From contig CBFFRP010000363.1 of NCBI GenBank assembly GCA_965644295.1, positions 310,001-374,000 of the forward strand: a DNA stretch of 64,000 nt. The letters are read 5' to 3'. Within the stretch, counting starts at the first letter, position 1. Every line of letters starts with the position of its first letter. Origin of the DNA: Paraphysomonas bandaiensis (lineage: Eukaryota; Protista; Chrysophyceae). Below the pieces are notes generated by a model that worked only from the letters and a program-made list of their open reading frames with translations, was not told the origin of the DNA and did not search any database. The position numbers were made by a program, and so were the translations under genes. Positions 35,218 to 50,026 of the stretch are shown piece after piece.

Positions 35218-35961
35218 CACGATAAATATATCTACGCTATGCACACAGTAAACGGAACAAGATAGCAGTCCATACCAGTCGCAATGACGAGTAGCGATCA
35301 GTTCCCTCAGTCGTATTCGACAAGCATTCCTTTTGTGTTGTGTTAAAACATACTCCTCGTTGATTAGATATGAGAGCTGCACCTGCATATGTGACCAGTG
35401 CACCCCGGAGTATACATCATCTGTATGCTTAATTTAATACTGCGGGGACAAAATTACAAAATACCAATTTTTACGATTTCAAGTACAAAATACCACCCAT
35501 TTTCTGTTACACAAAATACCGAGTAGAATACGGAATACGTACTTTTAGATTGGCCGTATTTGGTATTCCATATTATACCTACTTCTACATTGTTCCAGAT
35601 TGTTGGTGTGTACTCTGTACAGCAGTACATACCATACGGCATATCCACACCTCGGCTCGGTACAGTAAACTAGAAGTTAGTTCTTTTCCAAGATATACGG
35701 TACTCCAGGTACGATATACAATGCATTATGCAGACTGTGTTTCTCGGCAGCAATAAGAATACAGAAGTATCCGCCAAGTACACTTCACAATCGCCGTTCA
35801 CATGGTGCGAGACGGCCCAGACTTCTTTAAACACATCCACATACACAGCAGCTACTGCAGAGTGAGCAGTCTTCTATCTATATAAAGATTAGCTCTCAAT
35901 GCTGTGTAATTTCTAAGTAGAACTAGGATTAAAGTTATTTGTTTAAGCATATAGAGACCAT

Positions 35962-38900
35962 ATGAAAAAACAAACTCTACTTTATAGCTGTGTACTGGTA
36001 GTTATACTGCACATGGCATGTACGACTCCCACAGGTTTGATATAATATCGATAGCCACTTCCGTTAATTTTAAATCATGTTTTAGCACCGATGAAACGGG
36101 AGGATTCAGAGACCTCGTATGGTAGTGGTAGGAATCACAGCCCGCAGCTGTCCACAGAAGCTGCGACATTTAATCGTCAAAGTGCCACTCTTGATAACGA
36201 AATTGAAGTTTATAATGTAACTAGAAAAGTAGAATCTCAACGCATGCTCACATCGGGTAGGTGGACGCAGTGCTTACTACCCTCGCTTCATTTAAAGTAA
36301 CCGTTTCATGTCGTAGCTCTGGTTTCTGTAAATAGTTTGGCTGGATATGCCAGTGGTTTCTCTGACGGCATTGGTACCAATGCATTGTTTACAAACCCAA
36401 TTGGTATATCGTGGTCATCAGACGATTCATTCCTCGTGATTGGCGAACATGCAGCCCCCAGAATAAGGAAACTGCTGATGTCAACATATGAAGTTTCCAC
36501 TGTTGCAGGAAATGGCGGATCGGGAAGATCAGATGGGATCGGAACGAATGCAGGCTTCAATTCTATTTGGCACATTGCGCTATACCAGAATGATTCGGCG
36601 GTATTGGTATGTGAGACTGGAGCAGTACGTAAGGTTGTACTGTCCACCGGTTACGTGTCGACATTAGCTGTAATAGGTGGAAATGTCTTAAGAGGCGTTG
36701 CAGTATTTTCGATTGGAAGTTCTGCTATAATTGTGGATCTCTCTGACAATAAATTACGAAATTTTAGCATTGTGTCTCCGACGTTTACGACATTGGCCGG
36801 GTCGGGATCACTGGCGACTGTGGATGGTGTTGGTACCAATGCTGCGTTTGATGCTCCAAGTGGGGTATCACTCGCATCAGATGATTCTTTTGCCGTAGTT
36901 GTTGAGATTAGTGGTTATGTTCGAAAGTTTGTTATATCTACTGGAATGGTGACCACATTGGCTGGAGCTGATTCGATATCTGTAGTTGTGGATGGCATTG
37001 GGACAAATGCGAAATTTAGAAATCCCCAAGACGTAACTGTTTCTCCTGATAATTCTTTTGCCCTCATTACTAGCGAGTTAGCCTATAGAATACGCTATAT
37101 TCACTTACCAACAGCTTTTGTCACTTCTGTTATTGGCAATGGAAATGCGGGTTTTCAGGATGGCACCGGGACGACTGTAGAGTTGGGAGCTGTTTATGGG
37201 ATTAGTAGAATATCGGCCGATGGAAACTCCGTCGTATTCAACGATTATTATCATCATAGAGTAAGACAGATATCAGGTTTGAAGGCATACACGGCAGCCG
37301 TTGTCACGAATGCTCCCAGTTCATTACCAACTAGTGAACCGTCAGGTGAGCCGACTGGTCAACCGACCGGACAACCAACTTGGCAGCCAACAGGTGAACC
37401 AACTGGTCAACCAACGTGTTTACCCTCTGGTGAACCGACCGGTCAGCCAAGTGGGCAGCCAACTGGAGAACCTACTGGAATTCCAACTAGCAAACCGACC
37501 AGAGAACCAACAGGTCAACCGACCGGACAACCGACTGGACAGCCGACTGGTGAGCCAACTAGCCAACCGACTGGAAAACCAACCGGACAGCCAACTAGCC
37601 AACCGACTGGAGAACCAACAGGACAACCGACGAGGCAACCAACTAGTCAACCGACAGGTGAACCAACTGGAGAGCCGACAGGGTATCCAACTGGCCAACC
37701 GACTGGAGAACCAACAGGACAACCGACGGGGCAGCCAACATGCCAACCGACTGGTGAACCAACTGGAGAGCCAACAGGACAACCGACGAGGCAACCAACT
37801 AGTCAACCGACTGGAAAACCAACAGGACAACCGACAGGGCAGCCAACTAGCCACCCGACTGGAGAACCAACAGGACAACCGACAGGGCAGCCAACTAGCC
37901 AACCTACTGGTGAACCGACTGGAGAACCAACAGGACAACCGACGAGACTACCTACTAGTCAACCGACTGGAAAACCAACCGGACAGCCAACTAGCCATCC
38001 GACAGGGCAACCAACTGGGCAGCCGACAGGACAGCCAACTAGCCAACCGACTGGTGAACCAACTGGGCAGCCGACAGGACAACCAACTGGCCAACCGACT
38101 GGGCAACCAACTGGACAACCGACAGGGCAACCTAGTAGCCAACCGACTGGTGAACCATCCGGACAGCCGACAGGGCTACCAACTAGCCATCCGACTGGAG
38201 AACCAACTGGGCAACCGACAGGGCAACCTAGTAGCCAACCGACTGGAGAACCAACTGGGCAGCCGACAGGGGCACCAAGTAGCCATCCGACTGGAGAACC
38301 AACAGGACAGCCGACGGGGTATCCAACTGGAGAACCAACAGGGCAACCAACTGGCCAACCGACCGGTGAACCAACCGGACAGCCTTCTGGACTACCAACT
38401 GGCCAACCGACTGGAGAACCAACAGGGCTGCCGACAGGGCAGCCGTCAGGGCAACCAACGAGTGAGCCCTCGGGGAAACCGACAGGACTTCCAACTGGCG
38501 AGCCAACGAGTGATCCTTCGGGGGAACCTACAGGACTTCCAACTGTTCAACCAACTGGTCAGCCAACTGGCCAACCGACGAGTGTCCCCAGTGGGCAGCC
38601 TACTGGGCAGCCAACTAGTCAACCAACTGGTAAACCTAGTGGACTGCCATCAGGACAACCAACTGGCCAACCAACAGGTGCACCTTCTGGTGAGCCAAGT
38701 GGACAGCCAAGCTGTCATCCCACCGGAAAACCTTCCGCTGATCCAACTGGGCAGCCAACAGGTCAGCCTACTGGCGAGCCGACTGGAGACCCATCGGGTT
38801 TACCATCATCATCCCCATCATGCAAGCCTAGCAGTAGCCCTACAAATCGACCTACGAAAAGGCCTACTTCCCACCCTACTGTGAGACCTACCCAGGCGCC

Positions 38901-41900
38901 AGTGCCAACAGTAACGAGGTACCCCACTCTATGGCCAACCTATAGTATGCAGCCCACATCAGTACCTAGCAATGCGCCGACTTTTTCAGTTGTAACCATG
39001 TGGAAGTATGATATCGAGAAGTATATCGAGGAGTTGATAAGTATATCAGATGCTCAGACGCCTCATCGTGAGGTGGTAAAAGATTTAATTGTGGACGGTG
39101 GGCGTGTGTATGGTGGATGTGCTGAATGGTCAGTGTTTGTTGAGGACACCTTACCTACGACATTGATATCGTATGTGCCAACTGAATTGGCTGTTGCTGC
39201 TACTAAGAGCCCATCCAGCCCTATCAGTGAATATGCTATACACTGTTCGGATGACGGCATTCCAATGGCACTAATGAATCATTTGAGTACGTTATCATCA
39301 ACTGCATTAGACAGTGATATGTATTACTCTTATCTCTGCGGAATGTACAATTGGACTGTTGGAAAGTGTATTGGAGCCCCCAGTGCTTTTTTGTGTATCA
39401 ATTGTTCCCAACCGTGCTCCGCCGAGAAACGTGCTGATTACGAGTTATCTTGCCGCAATGCCGCACAAGACAACGACATGCGAGTACTGACTATAAATTT
39501 CAATGATGTATCTGTCGCACCTGCCATCAAATCTATTGCGGTGTCATTGAGACAGCAGTCATCACTGACTCTCTCGTACTCAGTTACAGAGGCCACTGGA
39601 TCAATTGTTTGTGCTGCCTATACCCCTCTCTTCGGAACACCTGAAACAGTCAGTTCACTTCTGCTCAGTGGAAGTTTGCAGGATATAGAATCTAGAATGG
39701 GGTCTTACAAGCTATCGAACCTGAAACCAGCAACGGTGTATTATCTGTACTGTGCAACATACTCAGCGTTAGGTGTTCCGTTAAGTTATTCTTCTATGCT
39801 GAATACGAAGTTATCCATCACAACTTCCTGTTGCCGGCCTGTTTATATAAAGCTGCAGCAGACATCCTTTTCAGATACTCAGGATTCAGCGAAAGCTGTG
39901 TTGGTATCGGTGGAATCTCTCCCTTACGAAAATGTAAATGTCAGTGTGAAATGCGTTAGCATGGCGGGAACTGAAGTGAATTTATTCTTGCCGTCTTCAC
40001 TAACGTTTTCACGAAATTCAAAGTTTAAGAGTGTGTACTTGTCTTACTTAAAATCCCCAGCTGGTGAATATACTATTCATACTTCATTGTCTGGCCCATC
40101 TTCAGATTCTTATGAAGTTGTATTTTCCAGTGGAAAGTTGTTAACAGTGGTGAATTCTGTTGATGAACCTCCTGTGCCCTCACTCACGTCTGCTGCATTT
40201 TCGGACGATGGTACTGCAATAGTTGTAACATTTAATTCTCCGACCAATAGAGGCTCCTACGTTAATGCGTTCATTTGCTCTGCAGTATTCGCAACGGATA
40301 GTTTCCCCATGAATAACTGTCTGTGGGACAGTGACTCCACAGCAAGGATATTCACAAGTGGTGATAACGGAGGAAGGGTTGGGGATGTACTTCACTTGAG
40401 AACGCGGCGTTATTCGGGCCAAGTGTTTGGGTACCACAAGTACAGCTTTGTCATTGTGCTCGTCGTGGAAGTACAGCTCTGCTGGAAATGTAACAGTCGG
40501 TGCTCCTGCAAACCCTGCGCCTCCTGTCGTGTCCATAATAGCGCCAAGTGTCATAGGACCCTGTGATTCTCTCACTCTAGATCTTTCAGGGTCGTCAGGT
40601 TCTGGTGGAAGGATTTTTGATTCGATCACCTTCACTGTGTCTACAACGGATTCAACAGTGGCACCACTACAGACATATTTGGACACCATAGACGAATTCA
40701 AATCTCTAGTTGTTATTTCACAGGATATCTTGAACCCGGGGTATATCTACAGTATATCTGTTGAGCTGTGCTCCTTCCTTGGTGTGTGCAGCATTGGATC
40801 ACACAACCTTGTTGTTTCAACTGCTGCGAATATTCCTATTGTGTCTATTTATAAACAGAAATTGGTTCATGTCAATCGTTTTTCTTCTCTGCGCATATCT
40901 GGTGGGGCATTTACATCCGCGTGTGACGGAAATCAAAACAAAGCGAACTTGAAATTTTCTTGGAGTATAACTACATCCAACAAGGTGCCATTGAGTCTCA
41001 CATCTACTTCTTCGGATAGAACAGTATTTCAGCTTCCCGCTTATTCTTTGGAGGTTGGGAATTTATACTCTGTGACCCTGACAGTGAAGCATTTGGTTTC
41101 ATTAAAATCATCAAGCTCCACAGTATCAGTATCCGTGTTACAGGGCGATGTTGTGGCACAAATTTCTGGTTCGTCGGAACGTGGTTTGCAGGAAGATGGA
41201 TCGATTCTGGTGGACGCGTCTTCCAGCTATGATGAGGACAGCAACGAAGGGATATATTACCTGCAATTTGATTTTTCATGCACCCAGACTTTTCCAACAA
41301 TTGTAGCATCCTGTCTTCTGGATATGGATCCTGTATCCGCATCAAGCATTGAACTATCGGTGCCGAGAAATAGCACCCTACTTGGCACAGTGCACGAGGT
41401 CACGGTGTCAGTCGAGCATATTTATGACAAGAGAACTTCTTTTACATCCATTCTAGTTGAGATATTGCCATCGTTAGCACCAGTGATGTCTCTTCAGGCA
41501 GTTGGATCGACACGTATCAATCCTTCGAAGAAGTTGAAACTAGTTGCGCAAATAGAGACCACCTCGACCACTAATATTGTTTGGAGTTTGAATGACCCAT
41601 CTATTGATCTAAGTGCAGTGTCACTCAGTGATACATCTAGAGCATTCACAGTACTTCCTCACAGCATTGGAATAAAGCATGTATTTAGTTTCAGTTTAGT
41701 CGTTTCTCCTAATGTACTTTCCGAGGACTCCACTTTTGTATTTAGCTTACATGGCACAGCTGACACTGGGCACACCGCTAGCGCAAAGATATTGATATCT
41801 ACGAACTCCCCTCCACACCCTGGCGAATACATTGTGTCGCCGCATAATGGCACCAAGTTGGAAACTGAATTCATGTGTCAGGCTTTGCAGTGGGAAGACA

Positions 41901-44900
41901 TTGATATACCAATAACCTACGAGTTTTCGTATATATCTGCAACAGGAGATTTTGTTGTTCAGCGGGCCAGACAGGAGCTGTCCTACATGCTGGCAAAGTT
42001 TCCTGCTGGGTTACAGCAGAACGAATACAACCTTGTTACCCAGTTGCAGGTGTTCGATAAATTTGATGCTAAGCGCACTGTTTTTGTGCCAGTTCTTGTA
42101 TTTGAGGGAGCCGAGGTGACTCCACAGAGTGCGCAGGAATATTTCATTTCTGCCGTTGTTAACGCAAGTGGGTTCGCAGGTAGAACAGCTTTGAATATTT
42201 TATACGACTATAATCTTTTGTGTAATTAGACGAGTTGAAGCAAGCAGCAGCTCTAACATCATCCATAATCAACGCCGTGAATTGTACCGCTGCACCGAAC
42301 TGTACACAGCTGAGCCAGAAAGCAGTGTAGTGTGTATCAGTCCACATGTGGAGAGTGCTTGGAGGGCTACCTTGGAGAAAGTGGACACAAGAACTCTCTC
42401 TGTGTTGGACGAATAGATGATTCTGATGTGACTTCCAGGCAACTGACAGTGTGGAATCATATGTTCTCTGGCGGCACAGAATGTTCATTGAATGAGCATT
42501 GTAATAGCGCCCTGTGGGAAGTGTGTGTTGATGGGGTCTGTAGAATTGCTCACGCAAAGATGCACAACAGATGTTCTGGACATGGGTGTGCTCGTTTCTT
42601 TCCACACATTGATTGAGTCACGTTGTTGCCAGGAGCATGCGGTGACTGGAATTCTGGTAAGGGCAGTCTGTGTATGTGAGAGTGGCTAACGGCTCGAGTT
42701 GTGAATATGCATCATATGATTTTGGATTACTTCAAAGTATTCGACATGGATATCGCTATTGCCATCGTGAAACATATCTCTGAATTGAAGACCCACTCCT
42801 GAAGTGTTTGTTTACCCGGTTGAATGGGCTGTCTACAGTTGCAGCTGATTCCAACAACAAGGAAGAACGAAGGCATTATTAGCGTCAATGGCATATTGAG
42901 TTCATCCAATAAGGCTTCCTATTTGGGATTACAGTTTGAGGAGACAACAAGTACAGCGGCAGTATACTCGACCTAGTTCTGTCCACGAGTAACGACGTTG
43001 CTTTTGGATTGTTGCAGGTGTATGGGGAGTACATATCAGCGGACATGACTGATGGACAGAATCCGATAGAAGTGATCAATCAAGCATTCAGACTTGTGTC
43101 AGTATCGCTTGACGGACTGAGTAATAGTTCTGTGAGCTCTCCTATGTCATCTATTGAGAAAGCACTCAATACTTCTGCGCATGTTGCACACATTCCAACC
43201 ACAAGCACTGACGAGTCTTTAAAAGTCGTGGTTGATTGAAGGACCAGGTCTGAGCAATGGAACCTATCTATCTATGCCGTTTGGTCTGAACTTCGATAAG
43301 TCTCCCTGTGCTGATAACTCTGATTCGTCGTGTGGATATTACCGTGGTACTACAATATGAGTTTCCGGTGAATACTGGTGAACGGTTCACGACCCATCAC
43401 TGTTGATTTTTGAGTGTAAACGCGGCTTAGAGGCAGAGCACAACTACACTTGTCCCTTGAGTGAAGTCTTAAGTGTATCGTGTAATGGATCTGTAGCCGG
43501 TGTGTGGAGTAAGGCGTGTCCAGTATATCAACCTGGTGTAATCTGTGAATCTATTGGAACATCTACTAGTTCGTGTGAGTATCGTTCAGTATACCAGCAA
43601 CAATGTCAACTTGTCAATGTAGCTTACCCTCGAATTCGAACCAACGCAGGCTGCAGGAAAGTGGAGATAATGACGATGCCGAAAATAACGCAGCTATATC
43701 ACTAAATTTTGTAGCAGCTAGTGAGTCAGTACTGGTGGAATTTGTGAAGTACATGGAAAAGTGCTTCGGATCTCAGTACCAGTGATACGAAGAACAACTG
43801 GCGAGTACTCGTGACAATTGGATCTATCGGGGTATGTGGTGTCTCTTTTATGGTTTGGGGATGGTGGACAGATACAACCTCTGCAGATGAGGAAAAGCGG
43901 GCAGAGGAACAGAGAAAAAAGGATGAGAAAGCGGAAAAAGGTGTAGAAAACTCTATCAAGAAGAGATTAAATCGTCAGAATGTGTCCTGGGAGCGAGTGT
44001 TGCGTCCACAGAAGAGTATTTCACCCGTAAAGCCACAATCAATCAAAGCTATGTCTGCTAGAGATCGAACGAAATCTTTTGTTACTCTTCCTGAGGAGAA
44101 GACGGTGGAAGCTGCCCTTCCGGCTGTGCTGAAGCCTTTTCCGCTGTGGAAGAAGTACATCGTCGAAGCAAGAGTATACCACAGGTACCTGGATTTTTAT
44201 TGCTTCATGCTGACACTAATGGGGTATATATTTACGTAGATGGGCGGGAGTTATATTACACACATCATCAAGATTTCCGCGCCCACTACGCGTGCTGTCT
44301 CTGATGATGAATATATTAATAATGCTTTTTATTGAAGCAATGACATATAATATTGCTGATCCTAATGATGGTTCTTGTGAGACGTATAACACAGAGAGTG
44401 AGTGTCTGACTGAGATGTCGTCTCTTGCTGATCATGAACCCAAGTGTTACTGGGACAATGATAACTCATCCTGTCACTTCCGAGAAATAGATGGGGAATT
44501 CTACCGAGTTGTTACTGTCGCTGTTATTGCTGCGGTGGTTGGAACTCCCTGTGCTTTGGCTATCGAGGCTCTAATATCGAATGTTCTTGCTGCACGCACT
44601 ATAGACGAGAGTGAAATTAAAAAGAGTTTGCAACGTCAGCTTAATTGTAACAAATCACCCATTGTTAGACCTACGAAAGTAGCTAACGAACACCCTTCAG
44701 CAGCAAAGAAAAGTGTACAGCTTTTGCAAATTATTGAAGAAGCTTACGGCTGCACGATAGATGAGGACTATCAGAGTCTCCGAAATGAGCTTCAAAATCA
44801 TCGCCAGAGCTTATCGCCCGGAGAGCGTAATGAGTTTGACAGTAAGTTAACACTTTTAAAATTAAAAACTGTAATGATGTGGATGTAGAAATTTGGGGCC

Positions 44901-47900
44901 TTGACTTGTCAGACATTGACTATGGCGCATCATACAAATGCTGGAAAATTTTGTCGCGGAGAATCTTTCCTCATTCCAATATCGGTATTTTTGCTATATT
45001 TCACTCTAGAAATCGTGAATAACACATATGTGTTACAGATGACAGTGAATCTCTGTTGTTGGCAGAGTTACAGAGCGTTCGGGATTGCTTCGCGAAAGAG
45101 TGTGAGTTCTTTGACAATGCAGCCCTGTCGGATGAGGAAAAGAATTCTCGACTGCTTTTTTTGTTCATCAAAGACCTTATGGATGGTGTAAATGGTATTT
45201 TACTTCATGTAGCGATCTGTATATATATGCGTAACTGCTGTTCAGGTCAAATTATGGATGCGAAGGATCGACGTGATCACGAAATAAGAAAAGCAGTTAC
45301 TCTTACTACGAAGCTATATGCGTGGACTGCGATTGGGTTAATGGCATCAGGGATGCTGTTTTATCTTTTTCTCTTTGCAATTCGACAGACTGAACAAAGA
45401 CAAGCGGCTTGGCTACAGTCGTTTATTGTCTGGCTATTTTTTGAGATACTGATCGTAAGTTCTTTTCTAGTGCTGGTTCAGCATATCGTCATTCCATCAC
45501 TGGTGATGGAAGACGTTCGCAAGGTGAAGAAAAGAGTTGTAAATGATATAATTTCTTTCAAATCGAACGCAAAGAATCGAGCATACAGCGTATTACCTCG
45601 ACGTAGAAATACTGCATCCACTCGGAGAGAATCGGCAACAAGTGTTCAGAAATTAAATGCTGCCAAGTATCTTTATGTGTCGTGGCGAATCGCAAAGTTT
45701 TACCCCAACTTACCGCAGAGTTCCATGGTGACACGGTTTTCAACTCCGTGGCCTAAGAGAGCGATAACGAGAAAGTTCAAGGGTGTGTCAAAGGCCTATA
45801 GCAAGAAGTTTTCGTTTGTGAATCAAGCAGTTAGTCGGGTAGTATTATATCTCCTGGTGAGTGTTGTGCAACTTCCACCTGCTGCTCAAGATACAGTAGT
45901 TCAAGTTATTCTTTCTTCCGGAATTGGATATGTTATCATGCTCCTGGTTCAACTATATGAAGTACATCCCATTCTTGTATTGGTTCCCGTTGTCACGGTT
46001 TTTATTGTGGCACACTTTCTATTCAGCTCTAATAAGCACTCGGATCTGTCTTTACTGAACTCGGCATCTTCAATGTCATTGAACAGTCGCCGTACGAGCG
46101 TCAAAGAAAACGATATTAGAGATACGAAAGACCTTTCAGTCGGTGCACACAGTGTTTTTCCAATAATGCAAGTATCTGGGCCAGAGAGTCATATGGAAAC
46201 ACTCAAAGTGTGTTCAGTGGAAACGGATGGAACTGCATCAACAGTGCTGCGTGATATGCGCAACAGCTTGAGCGATATTCTCCCTGTAAGTTCGGCGCTA
46301 TGTAAATCAGCTTCTCCGATCTCTAAATCGTGCCCTTTGGGAAGCTCGAAACCATGTCGTCGAGCATGTGCAGATTATGATGAAGGAGAGGAAGCCGATA
46401 ATGAGGAAGGGTGGGGCGATGTATCCGATGATAGCTGGGGAGATATGAAGGAAGTACGTCGTCCAACGAGAACACATTCTATTCATTCGCAAATTGATGA
46501 ATTGGAAGATCTTCAAGTCATGTTGAACGAACATTTCGGATGTTTCTTAAATGACAAAACTGAAGCGGGGATAGTTTCAGTGGGTGTAGATAAGTTTTTA
46601 GTAGAAGAGGAAGATGTTCCAAACGCTGGGGAGGCCTCAGTGGACGAAATATTTCAAATTCTTGCCGAGACATTTTCCCTCGATTATTCCGTGCTGTCAC
46701 CGAGTTCGAAATCTCCTGTAAAATCCTCGCACGACGACAGCAGTCCGTCTGACCGAAGTTGTGCTTCACCTGAGGTGCACACGGAAGTTCTGGAGGACAT
46801 TGGAGCGGTGCAGTTTAGGGATGATGAGAGTACTTTGTCTCGAACCCCTGATAACAGTGTCTCTCTTTTTCATCGCAATGTAGTACAGGGGAATGCTTTG
46901 AAACACATGGATGGTGTTAAGTCTCTTGAACTTATTGCAATCGAGGAGGCGCGGCGCCATATTTCAGAGCTCGAAAACCAGTATGCAATCCTAGAAGCGA
47001 AATATAGGAAAGAATTAGCTTGTAAAGTAAGCAGTAATGAGGCCCAAAGCCTTGTGGGTTCGATATTAGCGTCCACGGTTCCTGCGATTGCAAAATCTCA
47101 AGTTTTAAAGGAAATAAGAGACAGCTTGTCGGTGGGACTAGCGAATGGTATCATTGCAATCGCAGCAGCCCACGTAGCCACAGAAGAAGGTAGTGTGCGG
47201 AAAACAAAGGAGGAACGTGAGCAAGCTGAGTTGGAGATTCTTAGACGTTCGACTAGAGGAAAATGTGTACATGATTGCGTGGATGCGTGGATAGAGCGAG
47301 GCAAGGCAAAGCATGTACTTCGTGCTCTGTGTGCTGAAAAGTCGGAGAAATTCGTAAAGGCGCTTGTAGTGAAGGAAGTTTTGAAGTTGTCTGGGGTCGA
47401 TGAGCCGTTCAAAAGGTTTGTACCGAGGGCAACTCATGATGAAAATATGTATAATGACACATCTGGATGGAGGAGTAGATATGAAGCACTCAGTGGCATG
47501 GCGGTCAAAGAGTATGAGCAAACACAACGAATTATAAAGCAGTTACAGCACCGATGTTTGACACTGGAGAGGCAGTTCTATGAGGGTAGAAATGAAGGTC
47601 GTAATGAGTCAGATACTGCCAGTTTGCCCCAGTCCATCGGAGGGGATATTGAAAACTTTTTAGAACGGGATATATCTAGTTATTTCTTCAGTTCTGATGA
47701 TTTTAGTTTTGGTGAACACCCTGTGGAACAGTTTGATGAAAGCTGTGGGGATGTGCATACGGAGACACCAATTGGAGAGGATAGTGATGTAGTGAAACAT
47801 AGCAAAGCTTCCATGCCCGAGAATGTATTGGATATCGATTCTCTGGAAGATATCATGCCTGAAGTGATACAGCTCCTAAACCAAGTCACGGCCAAGTCTG

Positions 47901-47920
47901 AGCAGAAGGAAAATGATTGA
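35962..47920 (+). pseudogene. Polycystin-1/REJ-like giant receptor, copy 1; frameshifted as assembled (pseudogene or consensus errors)
   Basis: Same exons as copy 2, but with a +1 indel near 40403 and many indels at 42310-43760. Confidence 0.7.
37310..38900 (+). repeat. 12-bp coding tandem repeat (P-T/S-x-Q/E mucin-like stalk), copy 1
   Basis: [12 protein letters not shown] units, with a 156-bp higher-order spacing (ggacaaccgacgag at 37621, 37777, 37933). Confidence 0.95.
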
Positions 47921-47927
47921 GATCAGT

Positions 47928-48890
47928 GCTTAATATTTTATAGGAATTTTCTGTTTGGTAATTATGGTTACGATTTTCAGTTTCTTCTTTCGATTTGGGC
48001 TCTGGGTCCAGAACTTCGAGGGTCTGTTGCCAATATACAGAGTATGCGACTTCACAGAGAGTTGGATTTTTGTCGGTGAATATTAGCCTTACGTATGCGA
48101 AGTGTTGTTGATAATGTAGGGTTGTTTGTGTGCAGTTTGAGTGTTGACTCACCCTTTGTCATACATTGTAATTAACGATACTTATAAAGAGTAACCGCGG
48201 TTGTGGTTGATTTAGGCAATGTTAGTTTCTGACAACACTAAATATTTTTGTGTAGTTGTTTGTGATGCATGATAGTGACTTGCAATTGCATTCTGATTGT
48301 GGTTTATGATCAGTGTGTATACAGAAAAGTTACAGAACACTTTTTCTCCTCTGATCTCCGCCAGTACTCTCATTATTGAATATCTGATTATTATTCTTGA
48401 GCTATTCGTAACTAGGACTCTAACGTAAATATCTAATTTGAATGTAACTATATATGCTAGGTATCTAATGATCAAATGCCTGATTTCAGAATACTCTCAT
48501 GGGTGGCATATTCGCCGCGTGTACTGCTGCATATAGGCTGTTGAAGTACTGTACACAGTCCACTCTCCCCACCATGATTGCTGAACGCCCCAATATTAGA
48601 TCTAATCCCATCTTCCCTGATGTCTTCACTTGCATCCACCTGGGTATTGGGATCTTTTTCAACAAACCATATGCATGTTGAGCGACGTTTCTGCTCATAG
48701 GATATCATCGACACTTCTCCTCCAATTGCCTTTGTAGCTCACTCATATACTCCTTCCCACTACATTGCACAATCGACAGAATATCATATATCCACTGGTT
48801 GCTGCTTTCTCTCTCGCCTTGATTTATACCTCTGCTAGTGATCCTCTTCCACACACTATACCTTTCCTGTCCCCTCCTAACTATTCTCCC
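47928..48890 (-). other. Unique spacer between the duplicated units, containing a decayed ORF 3' end (TE-like)
   Basis: A minus-strand frame GRIVRRGQERYSVWKR...EEKCR*YPMSRNVAQH...MPPMRVF* begins at the duplication breakpoint. The sequence is absent after unit 2. Confidence 0.4.
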
Positions 48891-50026
48891 AAATTCCAGC
48901 TAACTTATCATTCAAAATTTAGCATACACTCTAGATAAATAATATAAGGCAATATAGCTCACAGGCTTTTCGCCTCGTACTCACATCGCCATCCCTATCG
49001 AGTTCATCGGCTAGTTGTTTCACAGCTTCAACAAGGTTCGCTACTTGTTGAGCAGCTGTAGTCCTGAGTCTCTCTACTTTGCTTACTGAAGTCGATATCA
49101 TGCGCTTGATATCAGAAGCTAGTTCAGATATCGCAGATGCGTATGCGATGTCCATCTGCGACACATCGTAAAATAGCTCGTATCACGAAAATTCAGGAAC
49201 AGGAAAAATATTTCAGCATTTATATACTTGTAAATACCTGGTCATGCACGTACTTGAGCACTGCTTCTTCTTCACTCTGCTGTTGCTGGCGTATACTTTC
49301 TTCCGCAGCTCGTCGGTAGTCTCCGTCCTCGTCCCATTCTCGTGCAGCAGCCTCCATAGCCTCGGCCCACTGCCGTTGAAAATCTAGCTCCGCGTTGTGC
49401 TACGCAATTAAATGTTATATACAAACACACCAGTACAATAGATATATCAATAAAAATACGTGGATGAGAACTTTTAAAGCATATCAGTAGGCAACAAGAT
49501 AGTCACTGTCGTAGATAGGCATCAAACACACACAATAGATTTAAGTTCCACAGCTTACACTCACTTCAACTTTCATAAGAGGTTCATCCGCAGCCGCTAA
49601 TGCACTATCCTCTTGTTCCATAAAAAATTCTGTCCCCGTGTCCAGAACACGCGTGGCGGCTACATTTAATTCCTTCAGTCTCACGGTGTCGTACGTGCTT
49701 GGCAATTCTGACAGAGTTTCATTATCTTGTAAAATTGCACTACCAATACCCGAATACTCATCGCGTTGGCACAAATCTGCAATGCAGTGTTGAAATGCCA
49801 AAAAAACATCTGAAATCGCAGCAGTCTTTCGGTTCTCCATTTGAAGTTGCAGCGACTGTAACCGTTGATTGAGCTCGCGGTCGATTTTCTCAGCTGCTCC
49901 ATCCTGCAATTCTTGTAATATTTTCTCATGTTCCTCCCTTAAACGACCCCTCATATTGAGATATGCGGCAGAAAGAGAATTAGGATCTGGCACAGAGGCA
50001 CTTGTCGGTGAACTCATCCTTTCCAT
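48891..50026 (-). pseudogene. 3'-truncated duplicate of the coiled-coil gene
   Basis: The first exons match 34077-35217. Exons equivalent to 33313-34030 are absent because the breakpoint lies in an intron. Confidence 0.8.

Larger units (their letters stand above)
34077..47927. repeat. Segmental tandem duplication, unit 1 (~13.9 kb)
   Basis: Starts aaattccagctaacttatca, as at 48891. Ends gattgagatcagt, as at 63362. Confidence 0.95.

Noticed and set aside
36290-36300. 1-bp difference between receptor copies as an early frameshift
   Set aside because: It lies inside the predicted intron 36257-36314, so the spliced frame is unaffected.
37301-38884. 527-aa ORF (and 757-aa ORF at 52042-54315) with NRLVNQ repeats, plus antisense SWLPCR ORFs
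   Set aside because: These are shadow frames of the 12-bp PTGQ coding repeat, which happens to lack stops.
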